Below are positions 37,601-50,370 of a stretch of 64,000 bases of DNA, in pieces (within the stretch, counting starts at the first letter, position 1; every line of letters starts with the position of its first letter). The notes below the pieces were generated by a model that was not told the DNA's origin, did not search any database, and was given only the letters and a program-made list of their open reading frames with translations. This DNA comes from Callorhinchus milii (taxonomy: Eukaryota): assembly GCF_018977255.1 (NCBI RefSeq), contig NW_024704742.1:64854001-64918000 (forward strand), written 5' to 3'. The position numbers and the translations under genes are program-made.

Positions 37601-38524
37601 GTCTATCATCAACCGTGCCCTGACAACATAAGATATAAGCCAAAAAGGGCAACGTGGGTGGGTGGGGGAAGAGATCAATTACAGGCTAACAAAAATTAAG
37701 TTTCCAAATGTTTATTTTACATTTGTTTTTCAATGTGTAAAGTAATATCATAGCATGAAAGCTATCTCAATATTTTTGTACCTTTTTATTTATTTATTAG
37801 TGTCACAGCAAGTTAGATGCAAATGTATAAAATTAATCAGCCCAGAGTATTCATAGATCTTACCAGGAATTTAAAGTTTAAAAACCATTTATAATGGACC
37901 TTCTATGTTGTAAAATGTGTACGAGAGAGATTGTACCATCTAACCTATTGAGAAAGAGTAACACTGCTGGTTCCGCCACTGTTAAGCGCTCTAAGTATCT
38001 CCACGGTGCAAAGGGCACTATACAAATGCAAGTAGTAGGTGTTGCTGTTCCCCAACTTGTTTTTAAACTACATGTTCATAATCGAAAAGATGAACAAAAA
38101 CTGAGAGGTAAGTTCTTTGCATTTTTTTCCCTGAACATCGCGAGTACCATTGCTTCACAGTATTCAAGACAAATTCATCTCCATAATATTGAATCACTAG
38201 CCTGATATAACATTCAAAGCAAGCTGACTACAAAATAAATCCTGATTATCCAGTTGATTACCTTCATATTTAAAAACTTGCTTAAAAAATCTAGATCCAC
38301 ATATAGCAGAAGGAAACTTCTCAAACTTATCTCATCCACATCCTAACCAGAAAAAAAGTATTTCCTTTTCTCAGACTTCCTTTCCTAACACATTAAATTG
38401 TCTGTAAATGTAATGGAAATGAATTATTTTGACCACAAATGAACCAGGGCACAATCAACTGGAATGTCACCAAACTAGCAGAATCCATTTAATTTTAATT
38501 CTTGCTTTTGATATAGCTTCACCA

Positions 38525-38960
38525 AACTGTACCCACATCTCACCAGTTCTGGCCAGGCTCCACATCACCGAACGGATTGACTTCAAGATCCTCACACTCG
38601 TGTTCAAATCCCTTCACTCCCTGGCACCTCCCTACCTCTCCGACCTCCTCATTTCCCAATCCATCATCCGAGACTTCCACTCGACTGGCACCGGCCTCCT
38701 GCTCGCCCCTTGCACCCTCTGCCCTACCATCGTAGGTCGCACTTTCAGCCACTGTGCACAAACTCTGGAACACTCTCCCCCAATCCCTCCGCGTTGCCCC
38801 TTCTCTCCCCTCTTTCACGTTGTGCCTGAAAACTTCCTCTTCGACCATGCCTACGGTCACCTCACCCCTCCCCCCGACTCTGAGTCGGGCTCCTCCACTG
38901 TTAAGCATTCAGATACACTATCCTGTGTGGAGGGCGTTATAAGTGCAAGTTGCTGTTGTT
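38525..38960 (+). mobile_element. L2 LINE 3' fragment
   Basis: HISPVLARLH..RIDFKILTLVFKSLHSLAPPYLSDLL is typical L2 ORF2 C-terminus; (TTG)n tail. Confidence 0.9.
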
Positions 38961-40084
38961 GAAGGGACAGTTGGTGGTGGCAGCAAACTTTAGTCGATCT
39001 AGAGTACTGAGTAAAATTTCATTCAAATTCAACAGTATTATGCACATTTTACATCAAATTAATGTCTTGGAAAATTTAATTATGATAGCATGTACTAAGG
39101 TCAGAAGATATTGACAAAAGCACAATTGAACAGATATACTCAATAGGAGGATTTCCAATGCAGGAAAAAAGCAAACGAGCAAGCAAGGTGAACAGGGTTT
39201 GGAAGAAAGTTTTCGAGGATAGCGGTGAAATGCACAATTGATCAGCCACTAGTAATGGAGCAAACTGAGGAAAGAGTTTTTCCCGTTGTCCTAACCAACA
39301 ATCCCCCAAATAAAATTGGTCACTCATGTCATAGGACATTGCTGTGCTCTATAGTTAACATATTCTCTTATTCAGAACTCTATAGCTAACATATTATCTT
39401 ATTTGGAAAAAGTATTGAGTTAGGATTTAGCAGGTTTAGTTATTTAGCCTTTGTAACTCGATTAAAATTAGGACCATTGAATACTTACTACATATACAAA
39501 GTTTACTCCTTTAACCCACATTTAAAGGTTTACACATCAATAACCAAGAATGCAAGGAAAGAAACCAAAATGTGTATCTGAACTTTAATGAATCTGTGAG
39601 CTTCAATACAAAACTTTTTCTGCTCTGCCAAAAGACCGCAAAATAAATTTAGTATGCAAGTCTTCAAATTCCACTCTTGAAGTAAAATAATTAATGGTGT
39701 TTAGAAAACAGGACTGAATCATAAAATTTTATATGGAGCCCCAGTCACACCTCATTTAAAAGTGCTTAACCATACAAAGATAGCAACTAGTAATGATTCA
39801 CCAAATTAATACCCGAGATGAAGGGGTTTTGTTAACATTAATGAGAAGTTGGGCAGTGATTGTTCTGCCACTCCAAGTCTCATTGATGAGCCAAGTGTGA
39901 CTTGTCGGTCATCAACAGTGCCTCGGAGTACTGTGGATCTACCAGGATCAGGAACTGGATTACTGAGATTATCACAGAGGTCAACATTCTGATACCAATT
40001 ATGTCACTTTGAAACTAGCACGGGCCTGACCAGATCCCATTTTCTCTTTCCCCCCCCCTCCCATCAGAGGACAGTTACTAATTA

Positions 40085-40610
40085 GGTCTGGAGAAAAAGA
40101 AGGCAAGGGAGGGGTTGAGGTAGATTGCTGGGTGGAGTTCGAAAAGGTGGGGGTTAAGTGGCTGAAGACCTACCCAATGGTGGGGCGAGCGAGGTGGGGA
40201 ACATAGAGCAGCTCCTGAGAAGTGGATGCTGTCAGCGCCTGAGGAGTGTAGGTGCTGACGGGAGCCAATCAGGAGGGCCTTGGTCTTGTTGATATTCAAC
40301 TAAAGAAAATTAACTACATTCAGCAGTGGTCCTGGAGTTGAGGGTGGAGGCAGAGAGGTACAGTTTGGTATCATCCACATACTTGTTGAAGTTGACCCTA
40401 TATCTACGGATGATGCCACCAAGAGGGAGCGTATAGATGTTAAAGAGGAAGGAACCAAGGACAGAACGGTGAGGAATGCCACACGAGACGGTGCAGGGGC
40501 TAGAGGAGAAACCGTTTGTGGGAGATGAAGTGGAAGCAGTTTGAGAGGTACGATCTGAACCATTCAAGGTCAGAACCATGAAGATTGAGGTGAGAGGAAG
40601 CACCACATTC
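40085..40610 (-). mobile_element. L2 LINE reverse-transcriptase fragment (pseudogenised)
   Basis: CGIPHRSVLGSFLFNIYTLPLGGII...YVDDTKLY (RT GVPQGSVLGP/YADD motifs) followed by LNINKTKALLIG. Confidence 0.9.
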
Positions 40611-40779
40611 CTGTCAGAAAGGCTTGGAATAGATACACCAAATCTGTCCGAACAGGGTGGGTGACAGCCATGCCTTATCCTAAAATGAAGATTTGGTCTA
40701 GTATTCCCAAGGCTTCTAGTTTCATCCTAAAGGCTACAGGAACACATAAACACCCCCCAACCCCACTACCTCATCCTTA

Positions 40780-41305
40780 AGGCCGCTGAAACTCTTGTTC
40801 ATGCCTAATCACCTCCAGGCTCGACAAACACCCTGCTTGTTGGTCTTCCCAAGTCCTCCCTCCACAGGCTGCAGATAATCCAGAACTCTGCAGCCCGTGT
40901 CCTCTCCCGCACCAAACTCCATGACCCCATCTCCCCCGACTCCATTGGCTCCCTATCCTTCAGAGGATCCAGTTCAAGATCCTGGTCCTCACCTACAAAG
41001 CCCTCCATGGCCTCGCCCCATCCTACCTCTGCGTTCTCCTAAGCCTTCCAACCCGCTGACTCCCTCCGCTCAGACGGCTTTGGCCTCTCCACGTCCCGCG
41101 ACCCTCCTACCCCACCTTCAGCCACTCTGTCCCCAACCTCTGGAATTCCATCCCCCAATCACTCCGCCTCGCCCCTCTTAAAGTCCCGACTCAAAACCCT
41201 CCTCTTCGACTATGCCATCGGTCACCCCCCTTCCCCTCCCTTCCCTTCCCCCTCCCTGACCCCAGCTCGGGTCTGAAATGCTGGACACTATCCAGTGCCT
41301 TGGGA
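40780..41305 (+). mobile_element. L2 LINE 3' fragment
   Basis: atcacctccaggctcgac...ctccattggctccc...ttcaagatcctggtcctcacctacaaagccctccatggcctcgcccc. Confidence 0.88.
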
Positions 41306-42249
41306 CTGCTGTTGCATTTGCCTACAAATACAAAGTCACTACACTTTTCAGAAAAATCAGAAAGGTTGAGCCATTGATATAAGGCACTATATCAATGAAA
41401 CAATTAATAGTACTCTAGTTTATAGGCACAATTTTTCTTTCCATAAAAGTTTTAAATGTTACACCCCCCCTATTTCTCAGGATCCCAGAAGTAATAATAA
41501 CAGCACTTACATTTTGTATAGCACTTTTCACATTGAGAGGATGCCCCAAAGCACTTTACAGGATTTATTGTAAAGTGAAGTGACTGTGCTTTGGGCGAAC
41601 AGGGCATCCAATTTGCACACAATAACATCCCACAAACAGTCATGAAGGGAAGACTCAATCAAAGTAAATAATAAAAAGAATCTTTACATTTGATATAGCA
41701 TCTTTCATGCCGGAGAATGTTTCAAAGCACATCACAAGATATACTGCAAAGTAGTGACTGTATTTTGTAGGCAACCCAAAGGAACCCAGTAAATTGTCTC
41801 TTAAGTTATGAGTATACAGTACTTAAGTTCTTAGTCTAAACATAACTACAGATTAGTAGTATCAATTGCTTCTCTCCTATTGGGTATAATACCACAGCTA
41901 AATACTGTAACAATGTCAGTTTGCACTAGGCAAAAGCAGAGTTTTTCAAAGTAAATCCTAATAAGCCTATACTGTATGTCTTGCTGAGCCAGCTAAAAAA
42001 AGATTAATTCTAACTTTCAGACAACCGTCTCCTGAAAACAACTAAAGCATTTACTGAATCAACTGATCAGCTACCTAAATTACATAAGTTAACAAACACA
42101 AATATAATTCTGCATATTCCACGTTATAGCTAAACGTATAGCCAATGTGCTACTGCTAAAGTTAGAAAACAATTTAAAAAACAAAGTCACAAATTAGAGC
42201 AATATGAGATTTTAGATTAAAATAACCCCCAGGAATTAATATACACATA

Positions 42250-42720
42250 TCTTTAAAGGTGAGAGGGCAAGTTGATCAAGCTATAAAACACGATAACGGA
42301 AACTTTGGCTTTATACATACATAATATAAAAGCAAAGCGGTATGCTTAACCCATATGAATCATCAGCTAGGCTGCAATTAGAGTAATGTATCCTATTTTG
42401 GGCACCCCATAAATGGGAAGAATGTCAGAACCATAAATGGTTAATAGATTTGTTATGATGATAGGTTACATATGAGGAACTGTGGCTGACAGACCCGATG
42501 GGAGGTTTTTTTAAAAAAAATTGAATAGTTTGATGAAAGTAAAAAGATGGAAATGATTTCCACTAGTCTGTAGCTGTTAACCAGAGAAAATAGATTTAAA
42601 GGTAATTACCAAAATAACAGATGTTAGAACATGTAATACCCGATCTAGAACCGTGGTTGATGCAGAACGCATATTAGGTTTTATGACGGAATTAAATATT
42701 ACAAGGAGAAATATGAAGGG
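42250..42720 (+). mobile_element. highly decayed CR1 LINE 3' fragment
   Basis: aggctgcaattagagtaatgtatcctattttgggcacccc resembles CR1 RPHLEYCVQFWSP. Confidence 0.55.
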
Positions 42721-42849
42721 TGAGCATATCCATGGTTTTAATACAAGATATTGTAGTTAAGTACATGAAAAGAGAATTGGGAATAAAATATAGCTATCAG
42801 CAACATAGGTTTGGAAATGTAATTTCCATTAGTTAGAACCAATAGTGGA

Positions 42850-43160
42850 ACAACAACAAAATTACATTTGTAAAGCGCCTTACACGTCAGGAGGACGTCC
42901 CAAGGCACTGGACAGACAGAGTTACGGACCCGAGCTGGGGGTAGGGGTGGGGGAGGGAGGAGGGAAAGCAGGGAGATCAAAAGTACGGTCGAAGGGGAGG
43001 GTCTTGAGATGGGTCTTGAAGGTGGCGAGGGAGGGGGCGAGACCGAGGGACTGCGGGATGGCGTTCCAGAGGGTGGGGGCAGAGTGGTGGAAGGCCTGCC
43101 CGCCAATAGTGGGGCGGGCGAGGTGGGGGATGTGAAGCAGGCCGGAGCCCGCTGAGCGTA
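42850..43160 (-). mobile_element. L2 LINE 3' end
   Basis: (caa)n tail, aggacgtcccaaggcactggacag, LCPHPLERHP/APTLWN-type remnant. Confidence 0.85.
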
Positions 43161-44324
43161 GGGAACATCAATGTCTAATATTCCTGTACAAATTAAATGG
43201 GAGCGCAAATGACTGTTCTATACACAAAACAAAAATACAGAGTATTTGGCTCATCCAAAACATAGGCTGTACAATTCTAAATCCATCAGAAACGTCACAC
43301 ATTTTAAGTGATCAAAGAAATAGAAAAGTTTTAAGAATTAATCAACATTCAGAATCGTGGAGTTTATCTAGAATACACATTTCATCTCCTTCCTATGCCT
43401 ATTTATGTATGCATCATTTCATGTATGTGCCCCTTCGCGATTAGGAAGATGCTAGAATAATGCAGCTTGGTACAGTCTAACACAGTTGGGCAACAAACAA
43501 GCTTTTAAAAAAACCCAACAATGTTCCAGACCCAAAAAGGCCAAGGTTTTTAACCTCTTCCCCATCTCCCCCACAAATAAGAATGACAGAGTTCAGGGTC
43601 CCAATTCAAAACACCAAAATGGAGCAAACAAAAACCCTTTTTTTTTTACGAAAACGCCGTACAAAAATAAAACTAAAATGTATTTACTCGCGATCAGTGC
43701 TTCTGAATCCTTTTCGGGCCACAGAAACTATCTATCAAATAGATCTAAAAATATACTTAAACATCCAAGTGAACGAAAACAAATACACTGCAGATAAAAT
43801 AACTATTAGTAACCCAGCACTGCACAATTCGAAAGCAGAGAAACAGAGCAGAAAATTACGACAAATGCAGACGGATCATGAATGCATAATGAACGGGGCA
43901 CATCTCCAGCCATGCGACTGCTGAATATCCTTCATAAAAGTTCCCGAATCTATGCGCCATGAAATGCAGGGAATTACAACACACAGAGCAATCGTTTGCC
44001 TCCTCTGTCGCGATCGTGTTTATATCGCGCACACGGTGTTGTCGTGCATTTTGCAGCTGGCGAGCTCTCTGCAAGGCGTCTCATGCTTGTAGTCGGCTGC
44101 CTTGTTTTTTGTTAAAAGAAAACGACATTATTGGTGTCTATGGCTGTTCGTATCCAGGGAAATGGGGGGGGTTTGGTGGTGGGAAAGAAGAGAGCACAAC
44201 GCTGGATTGACCACAACCCAGTCACGTCCACCGCCACTTGTGGAGAAACAGACACATCTATACCGTATAAGACACACACACACACATCTACATAACACTC
44301 ACGTACAAAGAGGGATTATTATCA

Positions 44325-44620
44325 TTATTATTATTATTATTGTAACACGCATAGGGAGAGAGGGGGAGAGAGAGAGAGAGAGAGAAACGTAACGGATTCG
44401 CATACCCTATCTACACACAAGACCCGCATATACAAAGGAGGTATTATTATTATTATTATTATTATCATTATTATTATTATAATTATTACACGCTGAGAGC
44501 CCACTCTAAACCAGCGGGAGCAGCAATTCCTGCAGCTGCCATGGTAAACATCAGCCCGGGGACACCCCACCACCAGCACCACCACCAGCAGCAGCAGGAG
44601 GAGGAGGAGGAGGAGGAGAG
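44325..44620. repeat. microsatellite cluster: (ATT)n, (GA)n, (CAC/CAG/GAG)n
   Basis: Direct reading at 44325-44341, 44356-44384, 44442-44488 and 44566-44617. Confidence 0.9.
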
Positions 44621-44682
44621 GAGCGGCCGCTTGCGGACTCGACACCCGCTGTTTTTTTTTTTACCCCCTTTTCTTTTTTTAC

Positions 44683-44990
44683 CTTCGACAGTCAGAAATG
44701 CGCAATCCTCTGCCTTTGGCTCGACGGTTGGCGCGCGTGAGCGTTTCGTATTTATTTATTTGTTTTCTTCCTTCTTCTTTCTTCTTCCCCCTCTCTCTCT
44801 CTCTCTCTCTAAGACATTAAACGTGTCTCCCGTGCTGTTGCGGTGAGATTCCCTCCCTCCCCCACACACCCCGAGCCGAGCGTCTCCTCTCCTCTCCGGA
44901 CCACAGTCACACAGTGAGAGAGGTTGGGTCGCCTCACTGTGTCGCCCCGCCCTTCTCCACCACAAACAGGCCTGCGGCGAGGGACGGTTG
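44683..44990 (-). other. ADD1: probable non-coding exon 1 of ADD1 (5' end approximate)
   Basis: GAAG|gtaaaa donor at 44683/44682 just downstream of the CCAAT/GC boxes; the ATG exon has its own acceptor, so an upstream exon is required. Confidence 0.55.
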
Positions 44991-45514
44991 CGGCGGCCGC
45001 TCCCGCTAGCATCGCTCTTCCTGATTGGACCTGGAAGCTCACAAGCCTCGCACGTACAAAGATCCTCCCACCCCATTGGTCGAGGTCAGTCCTACCCCTC
45101 CCATCACCTCCCCCCCACCCCCACTCCCGCAACCCAACCGCCGACACCAACTGCCGGAGCGCGCGGCCGAGGTGGGCGGGTTTGGGCGGGTTTGGGCGGG
45201 TTTGCGTCGTGCCGAATTTTTAACATTTTTAATTTTTCTGAAATTTGAACCCGTAACGCGGTGGTCGCCCCGCCCCGCCCCCCCCTCCCCTTTTTGTGGT
45301 CCTATTCTTACACAGTTTCTAAAGCACTGACCTGAACCGGTTACTCTGGTGCTACCCAAAGAGGAGGCAACGCATGTAATGTTGGGCTACTTTTGGGCTA
45401 GTATTTGCTGGGCTTTGGGCTACAAATGTAATGTACTTTATTTAATTCCCTTCCACCCTGCTGCTGGCTTAAGGCGAGCACGAGTGGCCAAGTACTCAGA
45501 GGTTTTGCGCTTAT

Positions 45515-46195
45515 TACTCATAATAATCCTAGCTTATGATATCGTGCCTCGTCACATTGTTGAGCTGTCTCAAATCTCTTCCCCAGAATATACTGGAAAG
45601 TGAATTGACTGTACGTTTTCTGGGCGAAATGACACTAATTCTTGCGTCTAACACAGCAATAATAATCCTTGCATTTGGTATTAGCACCTTTCACGTCGGA
45701 CGATCGTCTCAAAGCGTTTCACAGGATTTTACTGTGAAGCACAGTGCCTGTGTTTTGTGGGCAGACTCCTGTATCGTCTCGAGGGCTCCACAGTGAATTG
45801 CTGTCAGCTGGAGTGACTGGATTTACAGTCAAAGGCAGCAGCCAGTTTGAGGATGACATGGTCCCCAAAAATGTTTTTTGCACCAGTTTTGTGGTTTGGA
45901 AGTCGCTATGTGCAGATTGGCTGCTGTGTTCGCCTACAAAATACACAGTCACTGCACTTCACAGTAAAATCTTGAGTCATTTGGCAATGTGATAAGACAC
46001 TATATTAAATGCAAGGATTATGATAAGTGTGCATAAAGTGAACAAACAATTATGTGTGGAGGATTGTTTGGACATTCCCTGCCCTCCACCTTCCCCAATC
46101 CCGACCCTCAGCTCGAGTCCAAATCCCTGACTGTCCAACACCTTGGGACGTCCTCCCAACATGAAAGGCGCTTTACAAATGTAATTTTGTATTAT
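45515..46195. mobile_element. cluster of SINE/L2 tails in both orientations
   Basis: Minus-strand tails at 45529 and 45668; plus-strand tails ending at ~46020 and ~46190. Confidence 0.75.
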
Positions 46196-46879
46196 ATAAA
46201 ATCTTGCCTCTCAAGGTCTTAACAAATTGCATTTATATAGTGCAAAACATTCAGTGCAGAAGGCTATTCAGCCCATTGTGTCTATCCTAATGCTACATCT
46301 ATTTTTCTAAATTGCACCTTTTAATATAAATCCCTCTACTTTTTTGCCTTTAATCCTTTACAATTGTTTTTAAAACTTATCCCAATTTTATTCCTTGCAG
46401 TTACTGACCAATTCTGCGATATAGTACATTGGCTCAGCACCTGGCTCAAGTAACAATTTAAGGCTGTCGTACCCATCCAATTTCCCACAAAATTCCTCTG
46501 ACGTAGTCATCTCTAAATCTAATAATCCTCATTCATTTATAGGGATTTGTCTAGTTACTTTTGAAAACCCATTTATTTCACTGTCTGTGCTGGTTATCTG
46601 TTTCACAGTATGCTTATTGCCAACCTTTTATTAAAAAAAAAGTTTCCTGTATTTCCTATTCTCTTTTGCTCTTATTTTAAGTTTTTACACATGGTGTCAG
46701 ACAATAATTGTGACAGGCTACTAGAATTTGCGAGAATATTAAAGCTGTCCCTGAGCAGGTAGCAGTAATTGTGTACAAGACCCCTACATTTTAAAGTATT
46801 GAAGCTATTACTAGAAATGATGAACACATACTTATGGTTTCTTTAAAAATGCATAGTACGCTTAGTTGTGAGAAGTTGT

Positions 46880-47070
46880 TTTTGGATTGGTGGCCCGACA
46901 CATGCAGAATCCTATCACCATGCTTAAAAGTACCCAAACCAGTATGGGAGTTCAACATAACATGTGCCTGGAATGGAATGTACGCTCTCTCTATGTCGGG
47001 ACACAGTCTGCTTTCATAAGGCCAGAGAATATTAGGTGCAGGTTGGCGAAATGTGAGGCTTTGCCACCCA
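46880..47070 (+). repeat. family X fragment
   Basis: cgacacatgcagaatcctatcacca...ggaatggaatg...attaggtgcaggttggcga aligns with 59770-59950. Confidence 0.7.
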
Positions 47071-48399
47071 AAAGTATATTGTTTTGTCCAAATGAATTAT
47101 ATTTACTAGTATTCATGTACCTTCTAGATATTAATGCACCCATAGTGCCTGTTGATAGATACTAGTTCACTCAAAACTGATGTTTTGACTAGTACTTTGG
47201 CATTATTTGCAGGCAATGGTGTAACTAACGCAATTCTACTCACAGAAGTGTAATTACCTGGCACAAATCAATGCACAGATGCAATTTAACAAAAACGTAC
47301 ATTCAATTACAATAATAGTATTCCACAGGGGAACAATGTAGAGAACTGCAGCCTTTTATTTGCCTAAATTTTTTTTTGTGTGACGCCATCAAAAGACTTC
47401 AAAGAAACAGATGTCTGCTTGCAACAAAAAAAGTCCCTACCAAAAACTGCAGTTTGGAGGATAATAAAATATTGAAGAATGCATTGCTCTCCCTGAATAG
47501 TATTTTGACAGAGCTTGTCTCAGATTCCCAAAATAATAATAATTATCCTTGCATTTGATACAGCGCCTTATCACATTTTTGAGAAGTCTCAAAGCACATC
47601 ACAGGATATACTGTAAAGTGAATTGACTGTGTATGTTGTGGGCGAAAAAATATTATTTCCATTTGTATGGTTACTCATAGGCACATATGTATGGTTACCT
47701 TTAGGCACATTAGTTCCTAAAAATACGTGTTTTGTTAATATGTGATGCTATGAATTAACTAAAAAACACGCACTTTGTTAATATTTTACCCAGTCTACTT
47801 GTGAGTGTCCATTGAAATTATGCTACTCTTACTCTTAAGAGGAAAGATGTACTTGATGACACACTTTCAAGTTTTTTCCTGGCTCGTAGGTGTTGTGAAG
47901 GCTTAGAGCAGATACCAGGGGGGAAATGTGGAAGAACTAAAGATTCTGTCATTCTTCAATAGTAATTGCACTTGATGGGCTTGCCACGATCCCTTAAGAT
48001 CTTTACTTCTGTGACATTTGAGTGAAGTGGTTCAGGTGATGTTGGGAAAGCTGTATTTAAATCAGAAGCACAGAGTGAGGAATATAAAGGATCTCATTAA
48101 GAACAATTAGGATTGATGTACTTCAGAATCTTTGGTTCTTTGGTAGCAGTTAAAAGGTTCCCGAAAACAGGCAATGCAAAGGTCACAGATCAGGAACTGT
48201 TAGCACTATGGAACTGATGATCGTGACTGAACGAAAACAAGTCAGAGTTAACAGGATACCATTTGGCAGATTTCCTTAGAAGGAAGGTTGTACAATGACA
48301 AAATGTTTTTCTTTCTTTGAGAGAATATAATTTAATGTGAGTTATTTGTTATTGATTTTTTTTGCAAGCATCAACTGTACGGCTATATAAATCATGTTT

Positions 48400-48586
48400 T
48401 TTTTAAGGATTATTACCGCCGGAAAGTGTTCTGCCAATCGACTAACAATTGGGTTTCTACTTATCGCTAGGTAAACAGAGGAGCGGGAGTAAGGAAACTT
48501 GCCTAAGGTTTCGCCCTGCCTGCGGACCAAACCCAGATCCTCCCGCTTGCGAGGTGAGCGCACTAACTACCACGTTAAGGGACTCC
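48400..48586 (-). mobile_element. older tRNA-SINE head/core
   Basis: ggtaaacagaggagcgggagtaaggaaacttgcctaaggtttcgccctgcc...gggactcc. Confidence 0.75.
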
Positions 48587-48754
48587 ACAAAGCAGCAATA
48601 TTTTGTAAGTCAGACTTCGCTAATGTTGCTGTTCAACTGCAAACAATCTGCCCCATTGGCCTATTCGGTTTCAAGATTGCATTTTTTTAAAAACATAATA
48701 AAGAGTGGAAGCGCACCCTTTCTGATCCACTTGGGTACAAGGGTCTTGAAAGAT

Positions 48755-49210
48755 AGAAACATAGATACATGAGTAGGCCATGTAGCCCCTCGAGTCTGTT
48801 CTGCCATTCTATAAGATTGTGGTTGATCTGTAAATCAAGTCCAATTACCCGCCCTTTCCCCATATCCCTTATCTAACAAATATCTGTCCACCTCAGCCTT
48901 GAAAATTTGAATGGATCCAGTATCCACAGCCTTTTAGGGGAGAGAGGGCCAGATTTCCACTACCCTTTGGGTGAAAAACTTCCTCCTGATTTCACTCCTA
49001 AATGGCCTAGCTCTAATTTTAAGACTACGCCCCCTTGTTCTGGATTCCCCTCCATAGGAAATAGTTTCTCTGTATCTACCGTACCGAATCCCTTTTATTA
49101 TTTTAAAAACCTCAATTAGATCACCCCTCATCCTTCTAAACTCAGGGAAATAGAGAATGCCCTCATAATTTAATCCTTTTAGCTTTGGTATCATTCTGGT
49201 GAATCTGCGT
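48755..49210 (-). mobile_element. CR1 LINE 3' end
   Basis: RRFTRMIP.LKGLNYE...RRMRGDLIEVFKIIKG...RTRGRSLKI...FFTQRVVEIW is typical CR1 ORF2 C-terminus; 3' UTR with (ttctatg)-like end. Confidence 0.92.
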
Positions 49211-49364
49211 GAAGATGCAAAGTAGTGAAGATGCAAAGTAGTGTGCAATATTGGACATCAGAGATCTTAAGCAGGTTCAGATGACTTGACCTTCACTATT
49301 GATTGTGGTTCATACCTTTTGGCAGTAAATGTAGGTAGGTGGCATGCAAAACCACATTAAAATA

Positions 49365-49680
49365 TAATAATCTTGCATTTGATGTAGTGCCTTATCACGT
49401 CATTGAGAAGCCTCAAAGAGCTTTACAGGATGTACTGTAAAGTAGATTGACTGTATTTCATGGGCGAAATGTAGTAGCTAATTGTGTACAGCAATATCCC
49501 ACAAATAGCCATGGCCAGGACACCGGGAGAAACTCCCTTCTCTTTTCAAATAGTGTCACGGGATCTTTAACATCCAACTGAACAGGCTGACAGGTCCTCG
49601 GTTTAACATTTAATTCTAAGGACGGCATCTTCGACAGATGCACTATATTGGAGTGTCAACTTGGACTATGTGATTCCAAG
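49365..49680 (-). mobile_element. DeuSINE-type SINE
   Basis: Family tail plus tggccaggacaccgggagaaactccc...cctcggtttaacat Deu domain. Confidence 0.8.
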
Positions 49681-50070
49681 ACCCGGTGTGGGGCCAAATT
49701 TGGGGGACTAGAAAATGTTGTTGATATAATTCATAAAAAGCAAATAGGTAATTAGTTAAAATTATAGGATGAAGCATCGAATGAATGCACCAGAATAGCT
49801 TCATATGAACACATTTTTTTAAGGTAAAAAATACTCTAGAATGTAGGAAGTGCATCAATTTCCTTTAAAATAATATCCTGTTTTAAAGGTGACGAATAAT
49901 AAGGGTCTCCAAAAAAAAAACATGGAGATTCATCGTTCAAACAAGGACATATGGAATAAGTTAACATGAAAGGTCATTGAAGCACAGAGTATAAATTACT
50001 TAAGAAATTTCTGCAGAAACAGGGAATAAAGAAATAATTAAGCAGCGAGTTTCACCCTATGTTCTTGCCA

Positions 50071-50370
50071 ATAATAATAATCCTTACGTTTGATATTTTG
50101 CCTTTCATGTTAAGAGGACATCTCAAAGTGCTTCATGGGATTTGCTGTAAAGTGTAGGGACTATACATTTTGTAGGCGTACAGTCCCACAGAGAAAATCG
50201 GTCATTGGCTTTGTGGTTCTTTTTAGGACTTTGCTGTGTGCAGCTTGGCTGCCATGTTTGCCTACAAATACACAACACAGTCACTACATCTTATAGTAGA
50301 TCATGTGAAATGCTTTGAGACACTTCAACCACGTAATAAGACTCTATATCAAATGCAAGAATTATTATTA
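50071..50370. mobile_element. head-to-head inverted pair of SINE 3' halves
   Basis: Minus-strand tail from 50071; plus-strand tail ending ctatatcaaatgcaagaattattatt at 50370. Confidence 0.8.

Larger units (their letters stand above)
43900..45300. promoter_or_regulatory. ADD1: CpG island / ADD1 promoter with CCAAT and GC boxes
   Basis: Sharp local rise in CpG/GC. ATTGG (CCAAT on minus) at 45024 and 45075; GC boxes at 44945, 45174-45200 and 45268-45282. Correctly placed 5' of the minus-strand gene. Confidence 0.85.

Noticed and set aside
44541..44846. Plus-strand ORF with good Kozak context encoding poly-His/Gln/Glu
   Set aside because: Composed of microsatellites and pyrimidine runs, antisense to the ADD1 5' end; no recognisable homology.
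45765..45885. Coding-looking spacer between inverted SINE tails
   Set aside because: No convincing splice-site pair or recognisable peptide.
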